DNA of 64,000 nt from an uncultured bacterium. Lineage in GTDB: Bacteria > Patescibacteriota > Dojkabacteria > SC72. Position 1 is the stretch's first letter; each line of letters begins with the position of its first letter. The DNA is taken from NCBI GenBank assembly GCA_903906305.1, contig CAIVJR010000005.1:83667-147666 (forward strand), given 5' to 3'. The translations under genes were made by a program, and so were the position numbers. The notes below the pieces were generated by a model. It saw nothing but the letters and a program-made list of their open reading frames with translations, searched no databases and was not told the origin of the DNA. This document shows, piece by piece, positions 18,393-27,211 of this stretch.

Positions 18393-18797
18393 ATGGCAGA
18401 CGAAGCAAAAACATTACCAGAGCTTTCAGAGAACGCAAAGAAAGTTATGGATATTGTAGAGAAGATGACAGTGCTTGAACTTGCAGACTTGGTCAAGGTT
18501 ATGGAAGACAAGTTTGGAGTAAGTGCAGCAGCACCAGTTGCAGTAGCAGCTGTAGCAGCAGCACCAGCAGAAGCAGCAGAAGAGAAAACAATGTTTAACA
18601 TTGTTCTCAAAGCAGCAGGTGCAAACAAGATCTCTGTTATCAAAGTTGTAAGAGAAATCACAGAACTTGGTCTCAAAGAAGCTAAGGATATGGTTGATGC
18701 AGCTCCTCAGACAGTCAAAGAAGGTGTCAAAAAGGAAGATGCAGAAGCTATCAAAGCAAAATTTGAAGAAGCAGGTGCAACTGTTGAATTACAATAA
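18393..18797 (+). CDS. rplL: 50S ribosomal protein L7/L12
   Basis: Ala-rich hinge ([21 protein letters not shown]) and C-terminal domain [20 protein letters not shown]...[13 protein letters not shown]. Confidence 0.97.
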   Translation: MADEAKTLPELSENAKKVMDIVEKMTVLELADLVKVMEDKFGVSAAAPVAVAAVAAAPAEAAEEKTMFNIVLKAAGANKISVIKVVREITELGLKEAKDMVDAAPQTVKEGVKKEDAEAIKAKFEEAGATVELQ

Positions 18798-18827
18798 TAG
18801 TTCTACAGAATTAGATCGTATGAAAAG

Positions 18828-18854
18828 GAGCCATAGCAATATGGCTCTTTTTTT
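18828..18854 (+). terminator. rho-independent terminator after rplL
   Basis: GAGCCATA-GCAA-TATGGCTC followed by T7. Confidence 0.8.
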
Positions 18855-18870
18855 ATTCATAGACTACCAA

Positions 18871-19074
18871 GGTCAGACCTAGGACAGTCCTCAATAATAT
18901 GTGATGCGCTTTTTTGTTGGATTGACGGACTTATCAGCCACTTTTTGTAGTTTGGTGCCATGCTAATTGGGCCTGTTTTTCTAATTATCTACACAGTACC
19001 CAATGTGCATTTGTCCTTACCTTCCATAGGTTTGTTGGGTTAATCGGTTGGGGAGGACTGACCTAGGTCAGTCC
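18871..19074. repeat. about 204-bp non-coding element bounded by 22-bp imperfect inverted repeats (MITE-like or structured RNA)
   Basis: Left arm GGTCAGACCTAGGACAGTCCTC (18871-18892). Right arm GAGGACTGACCTAGGTCAGTCC (19053-19074). The arms are 19/22 complementary, and 19055-19074 is itself a perfect 20-bp palindrome. The interior has no ORF and looks GC-richer than its flanks. Confidence 0.5.
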
Positions 19075-19104
19075 TTCGGGGTGTTAGATATTTATTAACT
19101 CCCA

Positions 19105-19134
19105 TCGACAAATACACCCCAAATTAAGTATAAT
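19105..19134 (+). promoter_or_regulatory. promoter of the 7TM/ATP-grasp operon
   Basis: TCGACA, 18 nt, TATAAT, 40 nt upstream of 19175. Confidence 0.45.
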
Positions 19135-19174
19135 CTAACCAGAATCTGCCTTAATTTAATACACATATATTTCA

Positions 19175-19849
19175 ATGACCTATACACCTTTTACTCAATG
19201 GATGATTACGACTGGAGTACCACAACAAGTATTGGAATTGCTACTAGCTGTAATGATTGTAGCAACAATTGTAAGCATAGCTAGATATATAATTGGATCT
19301 AAAACATATGGAATATATGCACCAATAATATTGGCAATCGCATACTCATATACAGGTTTAAGATATGGATTAGCAATAACCTTGATAGTGATTTTGACTA
19401 CCCTACTCTCATACACCATACTACGAAGAGTACGTATGCATTACATAGCTAGAATAGCAGTAAATTACTGTCTGTTAGCTATAATGTTAGTAGTCTTCTT
19501 CATAGTCATAGGACAATTTGGTTTTGGTTTAGACAATATGGCAAATATCTCTGGACTTGCAGCAATATCAATTGCAGCACTTTCAGACTTCTTCATAAAA
19601 CAATATGTAAAGAAATCATTTAAATCTTCTGTCTTGATCCTCTTTAGCACTGTTTTCATTGCCACACTCGGATGGTTTGTCATAACCCGAGATGTCATAA
19701 CAACATATTTCTTAAACAACCTTTGGATTGTTCCAATCTTAATCATATTGAATATCCTCATTGGGCAGTTTACTGGCCTTAGAATCAAAGATCTCTTTAG
19801 ATTTAAATCAGTTATTCAGAATAAGGATAAAGATAATGTTCAGAAATAG
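19175..19849 (+). CDS. 7-TM membrane protein of the type usually fused to an inactive transglutaminase (7TM_transglut-like)
   Basis: Polytopic. IGSKTYGIYAPIILAIAYSYTG resembles the family signature as I recall it. First gene of the ATP-grasp operon, the known partner context. Confidence 0.6.
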   Translation: MTYTPFTQWMITTGVPQQVLELLLAVMIVATIVSIARYIIGSKTYGIYAPIILAIAYSYTGLRYGLAITLIVILTTLLSYTILRRVRMHYIARIAVNYCLLAIMLVVFFIVIGQFGFGLDNMANISGLAAISIAALSDFFIKQYVKKSFKSSVLILFSTVFIATLGWFVITRDVITTYFLNNLWIVPILIILNILIGQFTGLRIKDLFRFKSVIQNKDKDNVQK

Positions 19850-21293
19850 GATAAAAGATGTATTAGGACTAAACAGACGTAATCAAGAATACGTTCGTCC
19901 ATACAACCACCCAAAATCTAAAGCGTTAGCAGATAATAAGATTGCTACAAAAAAGCTTCTTGCAAAGGAAGGTATCAACACATCTGAGGTATACAAACTC
20001 ATTAAAAATCGTAAACAACTAGCCTTCTTAGATTGGGAATCATTACCAAAAAGTTTTGTAATCAAACCTAATCAAGGTACTGGTGGAAATGGAATTCTAG
20101 TAATCTATGGTAGAAAGAGGGGCGAATTAGCATGGATAAGGCCAGGCGGAGAAGTATTAAGTAAAAAAGATCTCTCCTTACACATTGAGAATATCCTCGA
20201 AGGAAGATTTTCAATGGGTGAAAGAAGCGATATCGCAATAATTGAAGAAAGAGTTAGAACTGATTCATTCCTAAAACAATACTCATACAAAGGTGTACCC
20301 GATATTAGAATCATATGTTTCAATCTCGTCCCCATTATGGCAATGATGCGAATACCTACCAAACGATCCAACGGTACTGCAAATCTACATTCTGGAGCTA
20401 TATGTACCGGTATAGACATAGCAACAGGCATAACCACCTACTCTATGCATATGAATAGCAAATCATTGTTGAGCGATACATATGAGATGATAGATAATAC
20501 TCAAGATTTGAAGATTAACAAAAAGCTTTCAGGTGTTCAGATACCTGATTGGGACAAGATCTTGGATATTGCAGTAAGATGCCAAAGAGCAAGTAAGCTT
20601 GGCTATACAGGTGTCGATATAGCATTAGACGCAGACAAAGGCCCTATCGTTTTTGAATTAAATGCTAGACCTGGCCTTGGAATCCAAGTCGCAAATCAAG
20701 CGGGTTTAAGATGGAGATTAGAAAAAGTAAAAGGATTGGAAGTGAAGAGTATTAAACACGGTATAAGGGTAGCGAAGAATCTGTTTGGTGGAGAAGTAGA
20801 AGACAGTATTGAAGCTATTAGTGGAAGAAAGGTTGTTAACATCAACGAGAAAATAACCCTGTATTACAAATCATACAAAGAAGGTAGCAAAAATGAGAAT
20901 AAAGACAGAGAGATTACTACCGCATTTGTAGATACAGGAGCTATAACCTCCCGTATCTCTCGAAGCTATGTATCCAGAATGGGATATTTCGAAACCATGA
21001 GACAGTTTGACTATCTAAAATGCCCTAAGAACTTCCTCGCTTTTAAGGATGCACAAGAATACATAGACGAATATAGTAAAAACATGACAGAGGATGCATA
21101 CATCATACGTTTAGCTAAAATCTTTGAGGATGGGCAAATAGTTGTCCGACCTGTTATCATTGTTAAAGTAAGAATATCAGGCGAAATACGTGATCTTGAA
21201 ATGATCGTAACTGAAGATAGTACACACTCTGTCACATTAGGAAGAAACGACCTCAGAGACTATTTAATTGATACAAGTAAAACATTTAAATAA
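19836..21293 (+). CDS. alpha-L-glutamate-ligase-related ATP-grasp enzyme fused to a C-terminal retropepsin-like aspartic protease
   Basis: ATG 19836 (MFRNRIKDVLGLNRRNQEYVRPYNHP...) overlaps the upstream gene by 14 nt. ATP-grasp core (VIKPNQGTGGNGI, GYTGVDIALD, FELNARPG). C-terminal FVDTGAITS, VVRPVIIV and VTLGRNDLRDYLID form a DTGA protease module. Confidence 0.7.
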   Translation: MFRNRIKDVLGLNRRNQEYVRPYNHPKSKALADNKIATKKLLAKEGINTSEVYKLIKNRKQLAFLDWESLPKSFVIKPNQGTGGNGILVIYGRKRGELAWIRPGGEVLSKKDLSLHIENILEGRFSMGERSDIAIIEERVRTDSFLKQYSYKGVPDIRIICFNLVPIMAMMRIPTKRSNGTANLHSGAICTGIDIATGITTYSMHMNSKSLLSDTYEMIDNTQDLKINKKLSGVQIPDWDKILDIAVRCQRASKLGYTGVDIALDADKGPIVFELNARPGLGIQVANQAGLRWRLEKVKGLEVKSIKHGIRVAKNLFGGEVEDSIEAISGRKVVNINEKITLYYKSYKEGSKNENKDREITTAFVDTGAITSRISRSYVSRMGYFETMRQFDYLKCPKNFLAFKDAQEYIDEYSKNMTEDAYIIRLAKIFEDGQIVVRPVIIVKVRISGEIRDLEMIVTEDSTHSVTLGRNDLRDYLIDTSKTFK

Positions 21294-22282
21294 TGAAAAC
21301 ATACGAAGAATATCTAAAAGAAGCAGGAAATGTCCATTTAGCATACTATGTCGAAGCTGCTGACATCTTAGGAATCAAATATTCCATCGTTGTTAGAAGC
21401 CTAATTGCAAAGTTCGAAGTTGAAGACAAGCATTGGTTCATTATAAATACTGTTACACCCCTAACCTCCTCCCCAAGTGCTACCATTTCAAAACGAAAGA
21501 ACCTTACCAATATGGTATTAAGCTCATATGGTGTAGATGTCCCAAAGCAAGAGGGATTAACAAGCCCCATTGATGCTATAAAATTCTTTAATAAGTATAA
21601 AAACATAGTCATAAAGCCTGCTCAACAGCTTGGTGGAAAAGGTATTACCCTACTTCCAGAGACAGAAGACCAGGTTATATCTGCTTTCAACGAAGCATTC
21701 GAGAAAGATAGATCAAAAGGAGAAATTAAGGTATTGGGAGAAGAATTCATCAAAGGAGAAAACTATCGATTCTTAGTAGTTGGCGAAAACGTTGTTGGAA
21801 TAGTATGGAGAAAGGCCCCAATAGTTATCGGCAATAGCAAAAATACTATAAGAGAACTAATTGATACATCAAACAAAGAGCGTAGCCTCCTCGTTCTCAA
21901 ATCTATTCCCATAGATTCAGAAGTACAAACTAGATTAAAAAATGCTGACCTCACATTAGATTCAATTCCAGACGAAGGCCAAGTTATAACCCTTAGATAC
22001 AATTGTAATCTGACTACTGGTGGTACTACAGAAGAGTGTGCTTCCATTGTAGATCCATACTACAAGGAGCTCGCTGTAAAGGCCGTTAAGGCTCTTGATT
22101 TAGAATTCGGGGGTGTAGATATCATTGCAGAGGATATAACTAAACCAGGGAAGTGTGGAATTAATGAAATCAACTACAATCCTGGATTAAGATTACATTA
22201 CAAAGCTGACAAGGGTGAGAAGGTTAAGGTCGCTGTCCCTATTATGGAATATATTAGAGATAAGTATACAAATAAATTATAA
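21293..22282 (+). CDS. ATP-grasp ligase, cyanophycin-synthetase G-domain-like
   Basis: IKPAQQLGGKGIT, GENYRFLVVGENVVG, RYNCNLTTGGTTEEC, GGVDIIAEDITKP and EINYNPGL. Start shares 1 nt with the upstream stop (TAATG). Confidence 0.65.
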   Translation: MKTYEEYLKEAGNVHLAYYVEAADILGIKYSIVVRSLIAKFEVEDKHWFIINTVTPLTSSPSATISKRKNLTNMVLSSYGVDVPKQEGLTSPIDAIKFFNKYKNIVIKPAQQLGGKGITLLPETEDQVISAFNEAFEKDRSKGEIKVLGEEFIKGENYRFLVVGENVVGIVWRKAPIVIGNSKNTIRELIDTSNKERSLLVLKSIPIDSEVQTRLKNADLTLDSIPDEGQVITLRYNCNLTTGGTTEECASIVDPYYKELAVKAVKALDLEFGGVDIIAEDITKPGKCGINEINYNPGLRLHYKADKGEKVKVAVPIMEYIRDKYTNKL

Positions 22283-22292
22283 GATAAACATT

Positions 22293-23984
22293 ATGAGTAA
22301 CGTGCAAGTATTACAAGGCCTAAATCTAGATTCAGAGATATCTGTCATAAAAATTAATGTACATAAGACCGATACTATCGTTAGATATCTTGAACTTCTT
22401 AAAAATTTTCACCCAATATTCATGCGTGAATACAAATTTGAAAATGACATCTTAAGCATTCACACAATGATAACCTCGTTGTGGAGAGAACTTGGAGAAA
22501 TAATAATCAAACTTTCAGAAGGAAAGATCGATTACGAAGAAGCAAGAAAACACACTCTTGAAGAAGTCCTTAAACAACGAGTAGCCTCTATGTCTACTAT
22601 TCCTCTAATCTTTTTTGCAAACAAAATGAAATATGAGGTAACACCAACGCTATTAGAAGACGAAAGGATAAAATACAATACAGGGCCCAATAGAATATAT
22701 ACTTTAGGCGTAGGTCGTAATTCCCAAATTATATATTCTATATCCTCTAGTAAAGATTCTAAAGAAGCAAAAGAAATTCAAAGAGATAAATATCTTACAA
22801 ACCTTATGATTCAGCGATTAGGTCTCCCTATTCCAAAATGGCAAGTCCTAGACAATATATCACAGATTGAAGAAGTCTGGAGTAGCTATGAAAAACCTGT
22901 CGTCATAAAACCAACAGGTCTTACAGGTGGGCATGGTGTTGTAGTTGGTATAGAAACGCTAGAGAAAGCAAAGGAGGCATTTAAATTTGCAAAAGAAGCA
23001 ACTCAGGATAGAATCAGAGAAGAATGGCAGCAAAAGATCATGATACAAGAACAAATCTCAGGTGAAGATTACAGGCTTCTCGTTATAAATGGCCATCTAG
23101 AAATCGCAACCAAGCGTATTCCAGCCTTCATCATAGGAGATGGCAAGCATACAATTGAAGAATTGATCGATATAACCAATACAGATCCTCGAAGAGATGT
23201 TACTAACCCTACTCATACATTAAAACCTATTAAGATTGATGATCCTCTAAAGTCATATATCAAAGATCAGAAATTAACCCTTACCTCTATTCCTAAGAAA
23301 GAGCAGAAAGTTAATGTGAGAAAGGTTGCAAGCATGAGCCAAGGCGGCATAACCGAAGATTTTACGGATAAGGTAAGCCCAGAAATTAAAGCAATTGTAG
23401 AGAGCATCGCATCATCGATTCATGCATTTACTCTAGGGGTCGATGTCATGTGTAAAGATCTTTCCAAACCATTAACAAAAGACAACGGTGCAATACTAGA
23501 AGTGAACACAATGCCTGAAGCATATCTTAATACCTATCCTGTCATTGGTGAATCCCGAGAATACGTATTCGACAAATATATAAAAGCTCTTTTAGAAGGC
23601 AATAACACAAAGCAGATAGTAATTGTAGGTAATAGCACAGAAGATGTACCTACTCTACTAAGAAAGAAATCGATCTTTGGATCATACCTCAAACAAGATG
23701 CCGTTATCGGAGAATACAAAGATGGAGAGATTAGAATTAATGGGTTGGATATAAATAAGGGCCTAGAGAAATGGAAAGCAATAGAAGGCCTTAAAGTAAA
23801 TGCATCTTTAGATGCAATGATCATACATCATAGAAATGTAGAAGAGGTTAGAGAAACAGGCTTAGGATTTAATAAAATTGACCTTTTAATGGTAGAATCT
23901 AAATATTTTGAAGATAGAGAATTTAAAAAAGCTATCCGAAGATACCAAATGAAAGGATTAATATCTAAAATAAAGAAATTCTAA
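22293..23984 (+). CDS. cyanophycin-synthetase-like protein (N + ATP-grasp domains; M domain reduced to a degenerate stub)
   Basis: ATG 22293 (MSNVQVLQGLNLDS...). CphA-like order: N-domain, then STIPLIFFANKM...LGVGRNSQIIYSISSSKDSKEAKEIQRDKYLTNLMIQRLGLPIPK, then VIKPTGLTGGHGV, GEDYRLLVINGHL, RKVASMSQGGITEDFTD and LEVNTMPE. The C-terminal ~130 aa begin QIVIVGNSTEDVPT where a Mur-ligase P-loop would sit. Confidence 0.65.
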   Translation: MSNVQVLQGLNLDSEISVIKINVHKTDTIVRYLELLKNFHPIFMREYKFENDILSIHTMITSLWRELGEIIIKLSEGKIDYEEARKHTLEEVLKQRVASMSTIPLIFFANKMKYEVTPTLLEDERIKYNTGPNRIYTLGVGRNSQIIYSISSSKDSKEAKEIQRDKYLTNLMIQRLGLPIPKWQVLDNISQIEEVWSSYEKPVVIKPTGLTGGHGVVVGIETLEKAKEAFKFAKEATQDRIREEWQQKIMIQEQISGEDYRLLVINGHLEIATKRIPAFIIGDGKHTIEELIDITNTDPRRDVTNPTHTLKPIKIDDPLKSYIKDQKLTLTSIPKKEQKVNVRKVASMSQGGITEDFTDKVSPEIKAIVESIASSIHAFTLGVDVMCKDLSKPLTKDNGAILEVNTMPEAYLNTYPVIGESREYVFDKYIKALLEGNNTKQIVIVGNSTEDVPTLLRKKSIFGSYLKQDAVIGEYKDGEIRINGLDINKGLEKWKAIEGLKVNASLDAMIIHHRNVEEVRETGLGFNKIDLLMVESKYFEDREFKKAIRRYQMKGLISKIKKF

Positions 23985-23985
23985 T

Positions 23986-24933
23986 ATGAAATACCTCATC
24001 ATAGACAAAAGACAGCGTGTAGAAGTAGCTACAATGGGTGAAATACCTACAGGATCAGCAAGATTAGTAGAAGAATTAGATAAAAAAAATATTCCTCATG
24101 ATTTTGCATATAACGATGAAATAGAGTTCTTGTTTCATAATGGTTCCACGGTTATAAAAGTGGCAGGACATGACGTAACAGAGTACAGCAACATCATTCT
24201 TAGAGGTCATTCCTTAGGTGACGAACGTGAGTATCAATACAAGAGATTCATCATAGACTACGTTGATCAATATAATAGAGACAACCCAGAAAAAAAAGTG
24301 ATCATTCAGAATTCTAAGGCAATCAAGAATCTTCCATATTACAATAAGATAGCCTTTGCAATGCTATGTTCAAAAAATAACCTCCCCTACTTTAATACAT
24401 ATTTCCATACCAATGGGGAATATTTAAAAGATAGAGATATGTTAAAGGAATATCCATTGATTATCAAAGAATACTCGGGAATGAATAGAACTGAAATGAT
24501 TGAGGGTAAAGAGAAGATCAAGAAGAATGTGTTTAAATTAGAGAAAGATGAGGATTACAAGCAAGAAAATCTTGATGGACAAGATCTTTCCCATTTCTTC
24601 ATACAGGAATTTTCTGATGCTGGTGAAGATTACAGAATATTTGTTAAGTTAGGGAAAGTAATAGCCGGATGGAAAAGAAAGGCTGTTAATGGCTTTATGA
24701 CTGTAAGCAAGGGTGAGTACGAGATGTACAATACTCCTAACGAGGAGATAACTGAGATTGCTGAGAAGATGGCATCCGTATTAGAAGCTGACTTTATGGC
24801 CGTAGACTTTATGTATATGAATGGGAAGGCATGTATACAAGAGATAAGCTTCCATCCTGGATATAAGGCATATGAGACTAAGATTGAGGGAGAGCCAGTG
24901 AATATAGCTGAAGCTATAGTTACTGCTTTTTAA
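23986..24933 (+). CDS. RimK-like ATP-grasp ligase
   Basis: LIIKEYSGMNR, GEDYRIFVKLGKVIAGWKRKA, ADFMAVDFMYMNGKACIQEISFHPG. Starts 1 nt after the upstream stop. Confidence 0.6.
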   Translation: MKYLIIDKRQRVEVATMGEIPTGSARLVEELDKKNIPHDFAYNDEIEFLFHNGSTVIKVAGHDVTEYSNIILRGHSLGDEREYQYKRFIIDYVDQYNRDNPEKKVIIQNSKAIKNLPYYNKIAFAMLCSKNNLPYFNTYFHTNGEYLKDRDMLKEYPLIIKEYSGMNRTEMIEGKEKIKKNVFKLEKDEDYKQENLDGQDLSHFFIQEFSDAGEDYRIFVKLGKVIAGWKRKAVNGFMTVSKGEYEMYNTPNEEITEIAEKMASVLEADFMAVDFMYMNGKACIQEISFHPGYKAYETKIEGEPVNIAEAIVTAF

Positions 24934-27211
24934 GTCCTAGCTTCTCAAACATATTATTACTATCACCATTGTGATCATGTATTGCTTGGGCTTTGTATCT
25001 AGGTAGGACGAATATAAACTTACTTCCCTTACCTATTTCACTCTCTACTCGAATATCACCACCCATCTTACGTATAAGGTTGAAGGTTACGAATAATCCC
25101 AAACCAGTACCACCAGGTCTTACAATCTCTAGCTTCTCACCAACCTCTATGCTGGAGTTAATGTGATTCCCTGCCCTAAAGAATTTCTGTCCCAACTTAG
25201 GTAGCTCCTCTGCACTAATACCATAACCAGTATCAATAATGGATACTTCTACCCAGTTATCATCAAATCTATTCTCTATGGTCACACTACCTCTCTCTGT
25301 ATACTTAACAGCATTACTTATTAGGTTGTTCAATATCTCTACCACTCTAGCCCTATCTGCATATACATGAGGAGTATCTAATTGCATATTATTAATAATT
25401 GGAAGATCTTTTTCCATAGCATCTCTCTCATTCCCATGTATAGCCATATCTACCTCATTCTTAATATCTACCTCTTCAGGATCTATGACTATCTTATCCC
25501 CCTCTAATTTAGCACTACTCAGTAATGTATTAATTAGTTTTATTTCATTCTCTACAGCCATCTTAATCCTATCTACATACCTCTTGTATGCTTCAGGATC
25601 ACTCTGTATATCCCCTGTGAACTTCTCTAAGAGCTGTGCATTGAGTTTAACTATGGTAGCAGGTGTTCTTAACTCATGTCCCATTATATCAATCATATCG
25701 TTCTCTTTCTTACGAGCTTCCTGTAGTTCTTGAATCTTAACCTGAAGTTCTGCCGTCTGCGCATCAACCTTATATTGAAGGGTCTGATTGAAGGATTGAA
25801 GCTGCTTGTAAAGAAGGGCCTTATTAACAGAAATATGGAACTGGCTATATATACGATCCCAAAGATCTAATTCATCAATCTTGTACATCTGATTATTAGG
25901 TAGGTCTTGTATGAAAAGAACCCCTATTAGCTCACTCCCAGATACAATTGGATAGACTATTTGAATTTTAGATAACTCTAACAGATACAACAAATTAGAA
26001 TACTCTCGATATTCTAATGCATCTTTGTTACTCAAATACTCTAGCTCAGATCTGGAAAGAGATTTTAATCTTCCTACTGTAGTCGTTTCTTTATTCCAAT
26101 ACACTGGAATCTCTACAAAAATTTTATTAAGGTTTTCTATCTTCCAATCTCCATGAGTAAAACGATATGATTTTGTATTAACAGAGTCGTAAAGATATAT
26201 TTGAGCTTTGTTTGCAGAAGTATTTTGGCATATATAGCTCAAAGTCTTGTTACATATATCAGAAAGTTCTTGCTCAAAGTTAAGAAGTTTAATAAAGCCT
26301 TCACCCTTGTTTCTAAGGATCTGTTTTTCTGACAGGAAAATGTTGGCAACAGCATCTATAACTATTTTAAAAATAAGTGCTAACAAAAACGCAATTATGT
26401 AAAACAATATTTTAGGAATTTCCAACTGCTCAATTAGTGGGAAAACAACTACCAAAGAAACTACAAATACGATAGATGGAATAATGTAGAGAGATAAACT
26501 TCGCAAAATACCCCGTATCACAATCCCAAATCGTTGGAACCGTGTCTGTGTTAGACCATACGAAATAATAAGGTTTGCGATTGAGAATACCACAGGCCCA
26601 AACCAAATATATTCATAAACACCAAAGTATGGAGCTATGATATTAGCAGGGAAAGAACCCACTACTGTTAAAACATTTCCTATAATTAGATATTTTTGCT
26701 GTTCTTTCTCTATAAATGATAATGCTTTATACCCTCTTAAAGTTTTGTAAACATTAACTGCAAATACGATTGTTAACCATGCCATCCAGACCAGATATGC
26801 TTTACCAACTATTATATAGTTATTCCCTTCTAAGACAATTCTTTCTATAAAATTGTTTGTAAAGAATATTTCGTAAAGGAGAAAAAGAAATCCCCCTACT
26901 ACAAACAGAGCAAATAATAAATTGATCTTCTTTCTACGAAGATAATACGTAGAGAAAATATAATGGAACAGACCAATTGATATTGATGATAAATAGATAA
27001 TATCCGCCCAAAGTTTAGCGGTACTTAATGTATCTGTTAATAGAAAAGATACTGTTGAGAAAGCCCAAACCGGTCCAGCTATTATTCCCAAAATTCCTAA
27101 GAAAAAATATGCCTTGTTCTTTGGTTCTTTGAGAAAGGTAACTAAAGGCCCTATTAAGGAGGTAAACCCTAGTATTACAACAAACATATATAAAGTGTTA
27201 TCCCATATCAT
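24920..27211 (-). CDS. sensor histidine kinase with N-terminal multi-TM sensor and GAF-like domain (orphan)
   Basis: About 8 N-terminal TM helices, a coiled coil, H-box MGHELRTPAT, N-box LNNLISNAVKYT, G1 DTGYGI and G2 GGTGLGL. No response regulator in the window. Confidence 0.9.
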   Translation of the reverse strand: MIWDNTLYMFVVILGFTSLIGPLVTFLKEPKNKAYFFLGILGIIAGPVWAFSTVSFLLTDTLSTAKLWADIIYLSSISIGLFHYIFSTYYLRRKKINLLFALFVVGGFLFLLYEIFFTNNFIERIVLEGNNYIIVGKAYLVWMAWLTIVFAVNVYKTLRGYKALSFIEKEQQKYLIIGNVLTVVGSFPANIIAPYFGVYEYIWFGPVVFSIANLIISYGLTQTRFQRFGIVIRGILRSLSLYIIPSIVFVVSLVVVFPLIEQLEIPKILFYIIAFLLALIFKIVIDAVANIFLSEKQILRNKGEGFIKLLNFEQELSDICNKTLSYICQNTSANKAQIYLYDSVNTKSYRFTHGDWKIENLNKIFVEIPVYWNKETTTVGRLKSLSRSELEYLSNKDALEYREYSNLLYLLELSKIQIVYPIVSGSELIGVLFIQDLPNNQMYKIDELDLWDRIYSQFHISVNKALLYKQLQSFNQTLQYKVDAQTAELQVKIQELQEARKKENDMIDIMGHELRTPATIVKLNAQLLEKFTGDIQSDPEAYKRYVDRIKMAVENEIKLINTLLSSAKLEGDKIVIDPEEVDIKNEVDMAIHGNERDAMEKDLPIINNMQLDTPHVYADRARVVEILNNLISNAVKYTERGSVTIENRFDDNWVEVSIIDTGYGISAEELPKLGQKFFRAGNHINSSIEVGEKLEIVRPGGTGLGLFVTFNLIRKMGGDIRVESEIGKGSKFIFVLPRYKAQAIHDHNGDSNNMFEKLGLKKQ

